A stretch of 63,704 nucleotides of DNA, filler included, from Octopus bimaculoides (taxonomy: Eukaryota), in the NCBI RefSeq assembly GCF_001194135.2. It is 3 parts of 3 records of this genome, joined end to end, with 100 filler letters (N's around TTAATTAATTAA, not from the genome) between each part and the next. Parts side by side here need not be neighbours in the genome. Positions count along the whole stretch, not along the records: positions 13,522 to 39,875 come from NC_068983.1; 2 more parts are not named here. One strand, 5' to 3'. A model generated the notes under the pieces. The model had not been told where the DNA came from, made no database searches, and saw only the letters and a program-made list of their open reading frames with translations. Each line of letters begins with the position of its first letter. Within the stretch, counting starts at the first letter, position 1. Positions 24,274 to 37,830 of the stretch are shown here, one piece after another. The position numbers and the translations under genes were made by a program.

Positions 24274-27051
24274 AGAATGCTACATCTGTGGAAACACTAA
24301 TCGCCTCAAAGCTTTCAGTCCCAAACAACCAGAAAAAATAACAGCTGAAAGAAGGCATCCTCTATTGCCCACAACACAATATCAACACCATTAACAGCAG
24401 CAACCATGACACAAACTGTTACACAACTACAACATCATGCAACCGCAACAACAGTGATTGTGGCACAGCTACAAAATTCGAAAGCACCATAATAGCAACA
24501 ACAGAAACTCCAAGTGTAGCAGCAATAGTTACAAAACCAACGAAGTGACCCCGCCATCAAGGTCAGCAACATCACAGACAACAACAGCAATAGCAGCAGG
24601 GACCTCCTAAAACAATAACAAATACACTAACAATAGAACAAAACCACAACTCACCTCGAGACATGATCGTCCTCGACACACCACATTGGCATGTTGCGAA
24701 AATGACAAATGGCAAAATGTTACTAATTTAAAGAAAAGGAAAAGAAACAAAAACATGCTAACAAAAAATTGCAGATATGAACAGATAATGGATATGCTTT
24801 TGAACAATGATACGCCCCACCCCACAGCCAGCAGTATTATTAATATTATCATTCCCATCACTACCACCATGAGAAACAGCCTCGTTCGGTTTAGAAATCT
24901 TTCAAACTAAACATTAATTGGTTCTAATTTCAGTGATATTGTCCTTTTAAAGCAAGCAGCGAAGCAAGTGAAAAAATTCGTGGATTACATTCACTTTTTC
25001 TTCATTCTCATTATTCTAGATATTTTCACTCTTGGAGAATCAACTAGAAACTTGAAGAGCTTTGCGATACCTTGATGGTCACGGCACTTTACCTTTTATC
25101 CTTTCGGAGTCGATAAAATGAGTACCAGCTGAACACCGGTGTCGACTCCTCCGAAATTACCGACCATGAGCCAAAAATTGAAATCATTATTAAATCAGAA
25201 CAAATTATTAATTTATCTTTTTCTTTCCCTGTCCGATTATTTTCCCTCTTGCTTTGCCCGAATTTACTTCATTTATTTACACAAATTTTGAGCAGTGGTA
25301 CCCTCACCTTCCAACTTGAACGCCCATGTGTACACTCTTATAATACGGTTTATAACCAATGTTAGGATTCTTACCTAGTAATGTCTATTCTGTTAAATTT
25401 TACTTTACACTGATTTTGCAGGTCGCTTTGTAAACATGAGTTCTATGTACTGTTTGATTCGTTATATACTTCACATCAATATCTACAGCCATTGAAACAA
25501 AGATCATAAACACAGGATGAGACGAGTGGGGGAGAGAGAGAAAGAGAGTAAATACCAAAGAAATATTCAACAAAACATTGTCAGGAAATAAGAAGATAAA
25601 ATGACAGTTAGCGGAAGAAAACATACAATTTCTAGGTAAAGAAAACATAGTTTCCATTTAATAGTAAAAATAGAATAAATATATTCTATCGACGCAAGAA
25701 AGTCATGCGTTGAAAGCACTGTTATTGGATCGCTTCGAAATATAGTTCTAAACCAATTTATTTATGTAACACCTAAAATACTTAACTGAAATGACAAGCA
25801 AGACAAACACAGTTACTGTAAAACACAAAAAACAATAAAAAAAATGCATAGAAGACAAAACCAATTGTTATGACTCACTAATAAAAGAGAAACCGCACAA
25901 AAATATATTAAAGTAAACAACGTAAAGTTAAAGCGACTTTTTTCTCTCTCTCCCTCTTTCTCCCCCCCCCCTCTCTCAATGTATAAATATAATTTTCTAA
26001 AAGATGACCGAAGGATTCGAAATTTCATGCTGTTCTACCCCAATATGCCTTTCCTCTGAAGGTGTAATATTGGTGTCATCGAGATTGTCTCTAAATTCCT
26101 CCTACTACACATTTAAAATATAATCTCGAGAGATTTACTTTTCTTTCTCATTTAACTTCATTAAAATCAATGCCTATAATTAAGTAATTGTTACTTTATT
26201 TTTCACGCTATTCACATTCGGTTTTATGAGTTTCATTGTCCTTCTATATTTACCTTTTAACATGCATTGTATATTATCTGAATAACACTTCAGGTTTTCT
26301 CGGATTAACACATTCTATTACATATATCACAATTTACTGGATACATCCTCAGATACTCATATTTTCCTCCTCCTATAAATAATTTGCTTATACTATCCGT
26401 ACTTATATGTTTTTTGGAATGAATTTTCTCCTACTTTTCTAAATCTTTCTTATACTGAAATCAAATAGTTGTAAGCATCTTTCGACTCAACTATTAACCT
26501 CGATCTATAAATCCAAAGCATTAGATATATCTTCGTCTAGTTGGTCATACTACTCATCCTGACATACAGCTGGTAATTGTATGGAGTGCTGTATTGTAGT
26601 CTGGACATTACGTTCCAGCTTATTGCTGTATGGCTTTAGGTTTTATAAAGACCACAACGAAGGCAGGAAAAGTGAAATCGGCCGAACGTGACAGTTACTG
26701 TCTTACTGCACTGTTAATGTTGTTATTGTGCATCCCAACAGGTTGAGGCTAATGAATCTGTTGATACTGCTGCCATTTTCGTGTATATATGTAACATGCA
26801 TGTACGGGAGCGTGTGTGTGTGTTATTTACAGCCCATGTGATCGAATCCACTTTTATAACTGGTTGAGTCACGACCCATTCTCATTTCTGCTCATCCCAT
26901 CAAATACTGTATCTCACAAGTGCCGTCAATAGTTTTCAAGGACCATCAACAAGTCTCAGGGACAGCTGTTGAGGGTTGCTGAATCTTGCATATTTCTACT
27001 GTTTCATTTACACATTATATCTATAAAGTGTGCGCAAGTCGTTCTCTTTTT

Positions 27052-27083
<32 letters not shown>

Positions 27084-27138
27084 TGTATTATGTATGTATG
27101 TACGTATGGGTGTGTGTGTATGTGTGTATGTACGCACG

Positions 27139-27183
<45 letters not shown>

Positions 27184-27454
27184 ATGTATGTGTGTATGTA
27201 TGTGTGTACGTATGTATGTATATACGTATGTCATTGTTCTGTTCTATTTCAAGATTTCTTGCCAATAGAGAAAGAGCTGGTTTCTAACCTAGATCCAATG
27301 CTCTTTCATTGGAATTTCAACATCAACATATTTTTGTTTGTATGCATGTATGTATGTATGTATGTATGTATATGTTCAGAGTTGTATATTTTGTTTTATG
27401 TATGCATTCTCATGCATATAATTGCATATCTAGACATGCTCATATATATTTTGG

Positions 27455-27690
27455 AAAGTTTTACAGATTTTTACACTTCCAGTGATGGATTGGATCTGTA
27501 GTCTTCGAATTGGCTTTCTCCTTTCTGGTTTTGAGAAGCCTAATTTCTCAAGATTGATATTTAGGCAGTGTATTACATATCCCAGAGCCCCAATAATTAC
27601 AGGTATAAACCGGAACCTGTAATCTGGATAGGGTAACTGCAGATTTCTCAATAGTTCAGCATAGGTATTCTCATATGTATGTTCGTACGT
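27455..27690 (-). mobile_element. Non-LTR retrotransposon 3' fragment, restriction-like endonuclease clade (R4/Dong-like)
   Basis: YAELLRNLQLPYPDYRFRFIPVIIGALGYVIHCLNINLEKLGFSKPERRKPIRRLQIQSITGSVKICKTF resembles the C-terminus of RLE-bearing LINE ORFs (P-x-x-x-G-x-LG motif). Confidence 0.7.
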
Positions 27691-27754
27691 ATATGTTGTA
27701 TTAGTGGTTATCAAAGTAAAAGAGTACTGGTGCCCTCACCAAAACATATTTTTT

Positions 27755-28001
27755 ATTTTTTACTTGTTATAGTCATTTGACTGCGGCCACACTGGGGCAC
27801 CCCCTTGAAGGGTTTTAGTCGAACAAAGACTCTCCAGGACAGTTTTGTATGCCTAGTACTTATATTATCAAGCTCTTTTGCCGAACCGCTATGTTACGGG
27901 AACGTAAACACACCAGCACCGGTTACCAAGCGTTGGTGGTGGACAAACACAGACATATAGACATACATATAGATGTATACATATACATATTATACATATA
28001 T

Positions 28002-28035
<34 letters not shown>
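27755..28035 (-). mobile_element. SINE family B, 3' half
   Basis: Tail and body match, ending in a TA/CA tract. Confidence 0.8.
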
Positions 28036-28045
<10 letters not shown>

Positions 28046-28048
<3 letters not shown>

Positions 28049-28825
28049 TGACAAGTAAATAGATACCCCATAAAACCTCGTTTTATGTTTTTTCCAACTT
28101 GTAAATGTTTATATGTTTTATTGATTGACATTATGTTTCAGGTTCTATATGTGAATGTTTAATCATGCCACGTATAAAAGAAGCCTTGGAACTGTCTGTA
28201 TTTTAAAGAGGCTGTTTTGTGGGTCATTCTGAAGGTGGAAGTAACGCAAAGTCGCAGAAAACTTTGGGATCCCGCTGTCTACAGTTAATAGAGTGATTGT
28301 GCAATTCACCAGAGAGGGGGAAGGAGTCCACATCACTTCGCCCAGATCAACCAGGGCCCTCTGACAGGACCCTTCACTTTGCTTAGAGATAAATGTGGAG
28401 GATAATCCTCGTTGCAAGGTCTCAACTTGTTCTAGCAGAACAAGTTGATCTCAGTCCCAGAACAGCTGTCAGGTATCTCCACAAACTGGGTTACTATGGT
28501 AGATCAGCAAGAAGGAAGTCATTTCGTCGACCAGCCAATATCAAGTGAAGAAAAGATTGGGCCAGGGAGATGGTGGAGAGACCACAAGCATTTTAGGACA
28601 TTGAAATTACTGCATGAAACTTGGCAAGAAATTCCTCAATAGAATATTCGTCATCTGATCAGTAACATGCTTAATAATGTCCTTGTATTGAAAAATGCAA
28701 ATGGCCTGTCTACTAAATATTAAATAGTCTCATTATAGCAATTAATAAATAAATTGAATGTATAATTTCAGATATGAATAAATTTTAATGATTATAAGGA
28801 TGACTATTTAATTCTGTTACACCTG
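28046..28825 (+). mobile_element. Tc1-like transposon with internal deletion; transposase pseudogene 28165-28723
   Basis: Broken reading MPRIKEALELS...IPLSTVNRVIVQFTREG...SPRTAVRYLHKLGYYGRSARRK...KDWAREM jumps directly to LLHETWQEIPQ-NIRHLISNM...NANGLSTKY. It has the HTH N-terminus and C-terminus but no DDE domain. The 3' terminus reverse complement is CAGGTGTAACAGAATTAAATAG. Confidence 0.85.
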
Positions 28826-28831
28826 TTATAT

Positions 28832-29033
28832 TAATAAAATTTTTGCCCCCCCCCCCCAGTTCATTAGTTAGACAAAACAATATTTGTATCCGTATTATTC
28901 TTTCTCCACTATGATTTTGGACAAGTTTAAAAAAACATTTTTATTTTATTAAATGTTGCAATTTGTCGACCCCTTCAATTGCCACGGCCCTCACTATCAC
29001 CCCATCAGAGCCCGGAGCATTCAACCTCCTGTC

Positions 29034-29075
<42 letters not shown>

Positions 29076-29425
29076 ATATATATATATATATATATAGGAC
29101 GGGCTTCTTACAGTATCTGTCTACCAAATCGACTCATAAGGCTTTGGTTGACCCGAGGTTATAATAGAAGACACTTGCCCAATGTGCCACGCAGTGGGAC
29201 TGAACCCAAAAGGCCTGTTATAGTAATAAAATTTTTGCTCCCACTTTATAAATTAGACAAAACAGTATTTGTATCCATTTTTTTCTTTCTCCACCATGAT
29301 TCTGGACAAGTTTAAAAAACATTTTTATTTTATTAAATGTTGCAATTTGTCGACCCCTTCAATTGCCACGGGCCCCGCCACCACCCCATCAGAGCCTAGA
29401 GCATACAACCTCCTATGAAAAACTA
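28832..29425. repeat. ~200-bp direct repeat, two copies ~390 bp apart with a SINE B fragment between
   Basis: AATAAAATTTTTGC...TTAGACAAAACA.TATTTGTATCC...GTCGACCCCTTCAATTGCCACGG...CAACCTCCT occurs at about 28832-29035 and 29224-29420. Confidence 0.85.
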
Positions 29426-30249
29426 TAGTGTATGGTTTGTGTCTCCTTGAGTCAAACGTCTGAAATAAGGTCAGTTTCTGTGTCAATGATTCTGTTTTGT
29501 GTTTTTTGCACATATTCAAATACATCCTAAACAAAACAATTAAATTTCGGATATAACGGCAACGTTTTAAAACAATTTTAAGAGGAAAAACGCACATTTT
29601 AGTGATTTCAAGGATATGACATTCATTTCCGCTAAAGTTTGTCGTTTTGTTTATATCGTTGTTGTTTATTTTTGTCATTATTGTCGCTGTTGTTTTCTTG
29701 TTGCTATGGTAGTATATTTTATAATATGTACTACTGTTAATTCCTGTCAGCATTGATTAAATAAAATTATGAAACAAAGACAACTGATCAGATGAGGGTT
29801 TTTTATGTGTTATTTTCAGCAAATGAAAAGAGGAGTAGCAAAGACCATGGCCTTTGCAGATGTTAGACTGGTGTTTAGTTAGAATACCACCTGGTTTTCG
29901 TGCTGGGAAATAAAGAGGAGCAGAACAGGATCGGGTGCTGAGATAGGACGAATGATGTGAGGGAGAGAGATGAGTATACGGTAGGAGTGGGTATGTATTT
30001 TATTGCTTCAGAAGACAAGTCACTGTTAAAGTGACACATAGAAGCAATGCCTGTTTTTAAAACTGTTTCGTCTGTTAGTGTATCTTTGCCAATTAAATGA
30101 CCTTACATTGGATGCAGTGGGTGATAACTGTACATGTAACAACGGTATCTCAGATACGTAAGGAACACTGGCATGAGAGCTGCACTTCAGCTTTGCAGAG
30201 ATTCAGCAACTGACCAACTGGAGCACATGCTGGGGTTAAAGAGAAACGT

Positions 30250-31150
30250 CATTTTATAATGTAATTTGGGCAATTATATAAATGATGTTGTCACAAAAGA
30301 TCAGAAACTGCGAACGCTTGTATTTACAGCAGCTTTGGTGTGTTTTAATTGTCTCATTCACTTGAAAAGAGAACGTGGCATATAGTTTTTTTTTTTTTTG
30401 TGCATTAACTGCATATTTATGCTGTTGAATGAGACTAAACTTTCCAAGTATCCATTCAAAAATATCTTCAAGTGTTTGTAGAAGCACTGTATATCTGACC
30501 GATGTTTCTAGGTCATATCTGGATGAGTGAGGGAGACAGAAGCAAGCATTGAAGTACACAGAGATGTTTAGCACCAGTTGCAGTGGAGAATCAAAGGAGG
30601 AGAGTCGGGTAATCTGAGTAAGCGGTCCTCATACAGACACGATCGAGAACTTTTTAACGAAGGGTTATTCAATAGCATTTCTTTGGTCGCACTTCTCAAA
30701 GGCTTGATGCCACTGACCTGTGATGTAGGGTGGCAATTTTCCGTAAAATGAAGACTACAGAAATTGTGATAGTTGTCACTGAACAGAGATTCAAAATAAT
30801 GAAGTTCATTTCTTCCAGTAGCTTCCATCATCGTTGAAACATTGGAAGTGAGGGCGATTAGTCATAGACAATGACGGTAGCTGGCAGAGTCAAATAAAAA
30901 CCAAAATGACAAACACTGTGCAGTCTTCAGTCAGTAGTTCCTAGACGTGAAAATCCTGCGTTATTTGTTTAATAATTTAGGACTTAAACAATTGGTTTGC
31001 TTTTTTAAAGACAGTAAGGCTTCTATTGCTGTTTCTTTTTATGATTTTGTCAGAAGAAGGTGCTATGCCCATCATTTTCGTAGGTCTTCTGACGACTAAA
31101 ATAAGAAGGTTCATCAATTACTTAGAACATATCTTATATATTGTAGTGTT
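30250..31150 (-). mobile_element. Possible pogo/Tigger-like transposase fossil
   Basis: Frameshifted fragments LPPYITGQWHQAFEKCDQRNAIE and SDIQCFYK loosely resemble LPPNxTSxxQPxDxGII and TIxNCF. Highly decayed. Confidence 0.3.
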
Positions 31151-31725
31151 ATCAGATCTTCAAAATTCTGAGATAAATAGCTCTCGGAAATAACTTGAGT
31201 AACACTACCAAGATGCAACAATTATGAGATGAAGATTTAATCCTGGAAGAAAGCCTACTGTAAAAATTAATAAATTCTGGTGTAGCTTAATTTTTTATTA
31301 GTCCTGATCGTGCTGGCATTCCAATCTATTATTCAGTATTGATTTGTTGTCTTCAAAAAAAGTAAGGGTTTATCTTGATGCAACTGTCTCACTAGATCGA
31401 AGTGCATCCAGATTTTTGAGTTGTTAAGCGACTGACTACAAGATTTTCTCCGTTCCAGAAGGGATGCCAATTCAACAGATGCTGGCACTCATTTTCAGCG
31501 GAATAGACTTGAACCACATGAAATAAAGTGCACTGCTCAAGGACATCCGAGCTGGAAAATGAACCAAAGACCTTACGATCGTGAATCCAACATCCAATTC
31601 CCAAGCCACACGATACATTATACAATTTCCTTCCTTTCTTTAAGTGGATACGGTGAAACTTGCAGACGATTTGACTGCTATTTCTAGTAGTTTGGGAACC
31701 GCATAGCAACTTCCTCGTTGATGTA

Positions 31726-32680
31726 TTAAGCAGAAATATTCTTTTCTACTCTAAACACAAGGCCCGAAATTTTGGGGGAGGGGCCAGTCGAGTAGATCGA
31801 CCCCAGTGCGCAACTGCTACTTAATTTATAGACTTCGAAAGGATGAAAGACAAAGTTGATCTCGGCGGAATCTGAACTCAGAACGTAAAGACAGACGAAA
31901 TACTGCTAAGCATTTCGCCCGGCGTGCTAACATTTCTACCAACTCGCCGCCTTATTAAGCAGAAATATTTATTTCTTCATTGCCCACAGGGGGCTAAACA
32001 TAGATGTGACAAACAAGGACAGACAAAGGGATTAAGTCGATCACAACGACCCCAGTGCGTAACTTGTACGTATTTAATTGACCCCGAAATGATTGAAGGC
32101 AAAGTCGACCTCAGCGGAATTTGAACTCAGAACGTGACGGCAGACGAAATACCGTTAAGTATTTCGCCCGGCGTACTAACGTTTCTGCCAGCTCGCCACC
32201 TTTTTAAGCAGACATTTTCTAGGAACAAGGCCGAAATTTTGGGAGAAGGGACCAGCCGATTAGATCGATCCAGTACGCAGCTGCTACTTAATTTATCGAC
32301 CTTGTAAGGATTAAAGGCAAAGTCGACCTCGGCGGAATTTGAACTCAGAACATAAAGTCTGACGAAATACTGCTAAGCATTTCGCCCGGCGTGCTAACGT
32401 TTCTACCAGTTTGCCGCCTTATTAATTAAACTGATACGAGAATGTGGACTGATACTTATTTACCCCGTAAGCAAAAAGCAAAAAGCAAAATGTTAGGATT
32501 TAAACTAATGCGTAGAATGTTGTTCCTAAATAGCACTACGCATTTCATCCTCTTCTCTATCATTTCTGACACCCGGCGGGCTAACGTTTTTAAGCAGAAA
32601 TATTTTTTTTTCTACTCTAGGCACAAGGCCCGAAATTTGTAGGGAGAGAGCCAGTCGATTAGATCTACCTCAGTATGTGT
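31726..32680 (-). mobile_element. Cluster of three full and one partial SINE family A copies
   Basis: Copies at 31741-31952, 31970-32202, 32219-32420 and 32605-32680; each is preceded on the + strand by TTAAGCAGAAATATT or a variant. Confidence 0.9.
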
Positions 32681-33111
32681 CTTGAAATATTCCTTTTAAA
32701 TTTCCCGTTCTAACCCCGCTGGGGTCGAAGTTATACTTATTTCACCAATCAGGGTTCAATTAATTATAGTGCTAACAATAAGGAATGACGGATTCAACTG
32801 ACTCATCTCCCCATCAACCAATTTGTGGTTAAACATCAATGACAAAAATATTTATTATTCATAAGTTATCACAGCTTGTGTGATGAAGACGCTCCAAATT
32901 ATATCCTTTAATTTGAAAGACACATATATCATTAGAGATCAAAAGATGTAAGGGACACAGCGGCTTTATTAGTTAAGTAACTCCCACCGTTACTTTCCTC
33001 GCATTTAATAAATGGTTATACATTTTTCATCATAATTTAACGAGTACATTAAGCTTTTATGCCTATTTGCTTATCTTTATTCTAAACAATTGCAATATTA
33101 AACGCCTCAAT

Positions 33112-33335
33112 AAGGCGGCGAACTGGCTAAATCGTTAGCATGCTGGGCAAAAATGCTTAGCGGCATTTCGTCTGTCTTTATGTTCTAAGTTCAAATTTCG
33201 CCGTGGTCGACTTTACTTTTCATTCTTTCGGGGTCGATAAAATAAGTACCAGTTGAACACTGGGGTCGATGAAATCGACTTAATCCCACCCCTAACTTGC
33301 TGGCTTGGTTCCAAAATTTGAAAGCAATGTTAAAC
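33112..33335 (+). mobile_element. SINE family A
   Basis: Consensus match. Confidence 0.9.
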
Positions 33336-33654
33336 ACTTCAATTTTCAAGTTCAGATTGATCATTGATAATAAAATTATAATTTTTGTTATGAAATTTAG
33401 ACATTCTTAATCTGTGAAGTGGTTTACAAATTCACGCTGAAACAGAACACATTCGAGAAGCTCTACGGTTGTGTCTGACTATCAGATATAGGTTTAAGTG
33501 TATTGATAACAACTCATTGGTTTAGATCTATTTCGCGACTTTTTAAACCACTGCTGGTCTATTTACCACCACAATTTGGAAAAGCCATAAAGGGCATGGA
33601 TTGATATTTGTTATATCTACTAGGAGTTAGATCTCTTCAGAAACACTGCCTTCC

Positions 33655-34785
33655 CTACCATTAACCAGCCTGGCACGAGCATGCATAAATACATAATATC
33701 CCAACCAGAAAGACACATTTTCATCATTCAAGAGAAATAAGTATGTGTGTCCATGTACAAACAAAAGGAAAGAACTCTAAACATACGCGTTTGAATATTA
33801 GTTTTATAATATTAATTTAAAATCAATAAGGCTTAGCTGAAAAGAAAGTGTGTGTGTTTTCAGTCCACCACACAACCTCTTTCGGCAAAACCACTAGACG
33901 GAGGAAAACTGCCTGCCCTTCCGGCCAAAGGAAAGAAGCGGGACGACTTCCAAGATGGAGTCGGCTGATAATCGGATCTGTCTTACACGTGATATAAGCT
34001 GTTCGATATAATTCAAGTCAGCAATGCTCAAGCAGTGTGTAACTGTGTGCAAAACAGTTTCATCGCTCTGTACTCATTTCAAGCAGCCACGGTTGACGCC
34101 AGAACTATATCTGTGGAGTTTATACCGAATCGATATGCCTCTGTCCTGATACCACTGCCAAGCCAGAGACTTCTGAAAATTATCCAAGGGCTCTAGCCGG
34201 AAAGTCATCTGGAACAGACTAAGCAGTTGATTTTCATCGATGCCCAGAGTTTCCCCGGTAACTTCAGCGCTCTAATTTTCTCTAGAATACCATGGTGGAA
34301 CTTTTACTGATAGCATTGCCAGATTTGCAGAAGGTTGTGAGCGCTTGACGGCACTCTGTGTATCAGGCGCTCTTTCTGGGTCTTGATCTTGGGCTGCGGT
34401 TGAAAGATACGATCTGCGTAAAGGCGTGTCCAACAGACGGCCACAGTACTTACTCACCTTCACGAAAACACTGGAGATGTATTCTCATCACATGTCTACG
34501 CTTCATCAGCCACAGAATGTCTAGTCCTCTGCACAGCAGATATTAACCACAAATGGATTGCCTGACCAGTGGAACACGTCCTCTCCACAGAAATCGAAAG
34601 AACAAATATCCCATTCTGATCAGCTATGAAGCGACATGATGATTTTTTTCTGTAAGAGAAGCACTCCTCAGAAGCCACACTTACTGTCCCCTTCTTCACT
34701 GTGAAGTAAGAGTCCTTATATAACAGAATGTCCAGAAAAACAAAATATTTTCGACAAAAGCAACTCACTTTTTTAACGAGCCAAG
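33655..34785 (-). mobile_element. Tx1/L1-clade LINE ORF2 C-terminal fossil
   Basis: Interrupted reading FFRFLWRGRVPLVRQSIC..LLCRGLDILWLMKRRHVMRI..PRSRPRKSA..ECRQAL..LDNFQKSLAWQ..FLRLVVLPKEVVWWT. It fits the LWxG...GGLG post-RT region and C-terminus of L1/Tx1 elements. Confidence 0.8.
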
Positions 34786-34851
34786 GTGAAGCACGTCCAA
34801 CACAAAACAATAACACTACCACCACCACCATCAACAACAACAATAATAATC

Positions 34852-35075
34852 CTTTCTAAGAGAGGCACAAGGCTTGAAATTTGGGAGAGGAGGCGAGTCG
34901 ATTACATCGACATCATCGTTGAACTAGTACTTATTTTATCGACACTGAAAGGACGTAAGACAAAATCGACCTCAGCGGAATTTTAGCTCAGAGCATAAGA
35001 GAGAGAAATACCGCTAGGCATTTTTTCCGGCGTGCTAACGATTCTGCCAGTTCGTCGGCTTTGATGATAATAATG

Positions 35076-35117
<42 letters not shown>

Positions 35118-35328
35118 GCTTCAAATTTTGTCACAAGGGCAGCCATTTCGGTGGAGGGAATGATTCGATTATACCAACCCCAGTGTTCAACTGGTACTTA
35201 TTTTATCGATCCCGAAAGGATGAAAGGCAAAGTGGAACTCAGCGGAATTTGAACTCAGAACGTAACGACGAGCAAAATACCGCTAAGCATTTCGCTCGGC
35301 GCACTAACGATTCTGCTAGCTCACCGCC

Positions 35329-35331
<3 letters not shown>
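34852..35331 (-). mobile_element. Two tandem SINE family A copies separated by (AAT)n
   Basis: Copies at 34852-35062 and 35117-35331. Confidence 0.85.
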
Positions 35332-35410
<79 letters not shown>

Positions 35411-35764
35411 NNNNNNNNNNNNNNNNNNNNNNNNNNNNNNNNNNNNNNNNNNNNNNNNNNNNNNNNNNNNNNNNNNNNNNNNNNNNNNNNNNNNNNNNNN
35501 NNNNNNNNNNNNNNNNNNNNNNNNNNNNNNNNNNNNNNNNNNNNNNNNNNNNNNNNNNNNNNNNNNNNNNNNNNNNNNNNNNNNNNNNNNNNNNNNNNNN
35601 NNNNNNNNNNNNNNNNNNNNNNNNNNNNNNNNNNNNNNNNNNNNNNNNNNNNNNNNNNNNNNNNNNNNNNNNNNNNNNNNNNNNNNNNNNNNNNNNNNNN
35701 NNNNNNNNNNNNNNNNNNNNNNNNNNNNNNNNNNNNNNNNNNNNNNNNNNNNNNNNNNNNNNNN

Positions 35765-35838
<74 letters not shown>
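35332..35838. repeat. (GAT)n trinucleotide tract spanning a gap
   Basis: Pure GAT repeats on both sides of the Ns. Confidence 0.95.
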
Positions 35839-35840
<2 letters not shown>

Positions 35841-37332
35841 CTAACATTAGCACATTTTTGGCGGGGATGGCGGAATGGATAGATCATAATAAAGATCATT
35901 TCTGTATTAGCCTGAAGGGCGCCAAATTGCAACATCCTATTTTATCATGTCCGACATGATAGCCATCATGTAATCCAACTCCCATCGTCATATAGGAAGA
36001 AGAAAATTTTCACAGAACAATTTGTTTTTCCTGTCCGTGGTGTCGAAGATTCTGCACTGAATGAACTCTGTAACTTACGATGCACAAATCCAGCGTATTA
36101 TGAAATGGTAATTCAACAGTGGTAACGGAATTTACTTAATAAAAACAAACAAAAACGGACATGAAGGAACAGAGATATAAAAATACTGACATACTTTTTT
36201 TTATCATTTACTGGGGAAGGTGAGGCAGTTCATTTCCTGATTTCTTCGCCTAGCTACTACTTCACTGATTCAGACACAGCAGAAACACCTAGGATGGACA
36301 TTGAATGATCTCGAAAGGACAACTTGAGTATTTATAATTTATTTGCACTACACATAACACGTATGACGCTAAAATTTGTTTACGTGCGTGGGAACATCAA
36401 CCTACGGACACGAATGCAGACAAATATNNNNNNNNNNNNNNNNNNNNNNNNNNNNNNNNNNNNNNNNNNNNNNNNNNNNNNNNNNNNNNNNNNNNNNNNN
36501 NNNNNNNNNNNNNNNNNNNNNNNNNNNNNNNNNNNNNNNNNNNNNNNNNNNNNNNNNNNNNNNNNNNNNNNNNNNNNNNNNNNNNNNNNNNNNNNNNNNN
36601 NNNNNNNNNNNNNNNNNNNNNNNNNNNNNNNNNNNNNNNNNNNNNNNNNNNNNNNNNNNNNNNNNNNNNNNNNNNNNNNNNNNNNNNNNNNNNNNNNNNN
36701 NNNNNNNNNNNNNNNNNNNNNNNNNNNNNNNNNNNNNNNNNNNNNNNNNNNNNNNNNNNNNNNNNNNNNNNNNNNNNNNNNNNNNNNNNNNNNNNNNNNN
36801 NNNNNNNNNNNNNNNNNNNNNNNNNNNNNNNNNNNNNNNNNNNNNNNNNNNNNNNNNNNNNNNNNNNNNNNNNNNNNNNNNNNNNNNNNNNNNNNNNNNN
36901 NNNNNNNNNNNNNNNNNNNNNNNNNNNNNNNNNNNNNNNNNNNNNNNNNNNNNNNNNNNNNNNNNNNNNNNNNNNNNNNNNNNNNNNNNNNNNNNNNNNN
37001 NNNNNNNNNNNNNNNNNNNNNNNNNNNNNNNNNNNNNNNNNNNNNNNNNNNNNNNNNNNNNNNNNNNNNNNNNNNNNNNNNNNNNNNNNNNNNNNNNNNN
37101 NNNNNNNNNNNNNNNNNNNNNNNNNNNNNNNNNNNNNNNNNNNNNNNNNNNNNNNNNNNNNNNNNNNNNNNNNNNNNNNNNNNNNNNNNNNNNNNNNNNN
37201 NNNNNNNNNNNNNNNNNNNNNNNNNNNNNNNNNNNNNNNNNNNNNNNNNNNNNNNNNCAGGTCTTTTGCCGAACTTTTAAGTTACGGGGGACGTAACATC
37301 GGTTGTGAAGCCGTGATGGAAGAAAACTACTG

Positions 37333-37367
<35 letters not shown>

Positions 37368-37369
<2 letters not shown>

Positions 37370-37755
37370 GGCGCAAGCGTGGCTGTGCGTTAAGAAGCTT
37401 GCTTCCCGACTGCATGGATCCGAGTTCAGTACCACTACGCGGCACCTTAGGTAAGTGTTATCTACTATAGCCTTGGGCTGACCAAAACCTTTTCACTGGA
37501 TTTGGTAGACGGAAACTGAAAGAAGCCCGTTGTATATATGTGTGTGTGTGTGTGTTTCTTTTTCTGTGAAGGTTCCCCCCACCCCCCGCTTGGTAACCGG
37601 TGTTGTGTTTGTGTAGTTGTAATTTAACGGTTCGGCAAAAGGGATGATAGAATAAGAACCAGGCTTTAAAAAAATAAGAACCTGGGCATATTTCTTTGAC
37701 TAAAACCCTTCAAACATGGCCGCAGTGAAATGAGAGAAACAAGTAAAAGATAGAA
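37368..37755 (+). mobile_element. SINE family B, full length
   Basis: ATAGGCGCAAGCGTGGCTGTGCGTTAAGAAGC head through the GAAACAAGTAAAAG tail. Confidence 0.85.
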
Positions 37756-37830
37756 GAAAAGATAACGATATATATTTATATGATATGAAAATACAAGAAA
37801 GAAAATAGAATTCACGCGAGTCTTTATTAT

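Noticed and set aside
23100-24900. CAA/CAG-rich stretches suggesting polyQ/polyT coding
   Set aside because: These are decayed trinucleotide repeats with stops in all frames and no splice structure.
25995-26035. AAGATGACCGAAGGATTCGAAATTTC hammerhead-like word
   Set aside because: It lacks CUGA, has no coherent stems, and I could not assign the neighbouring decayed coding-like sequence.
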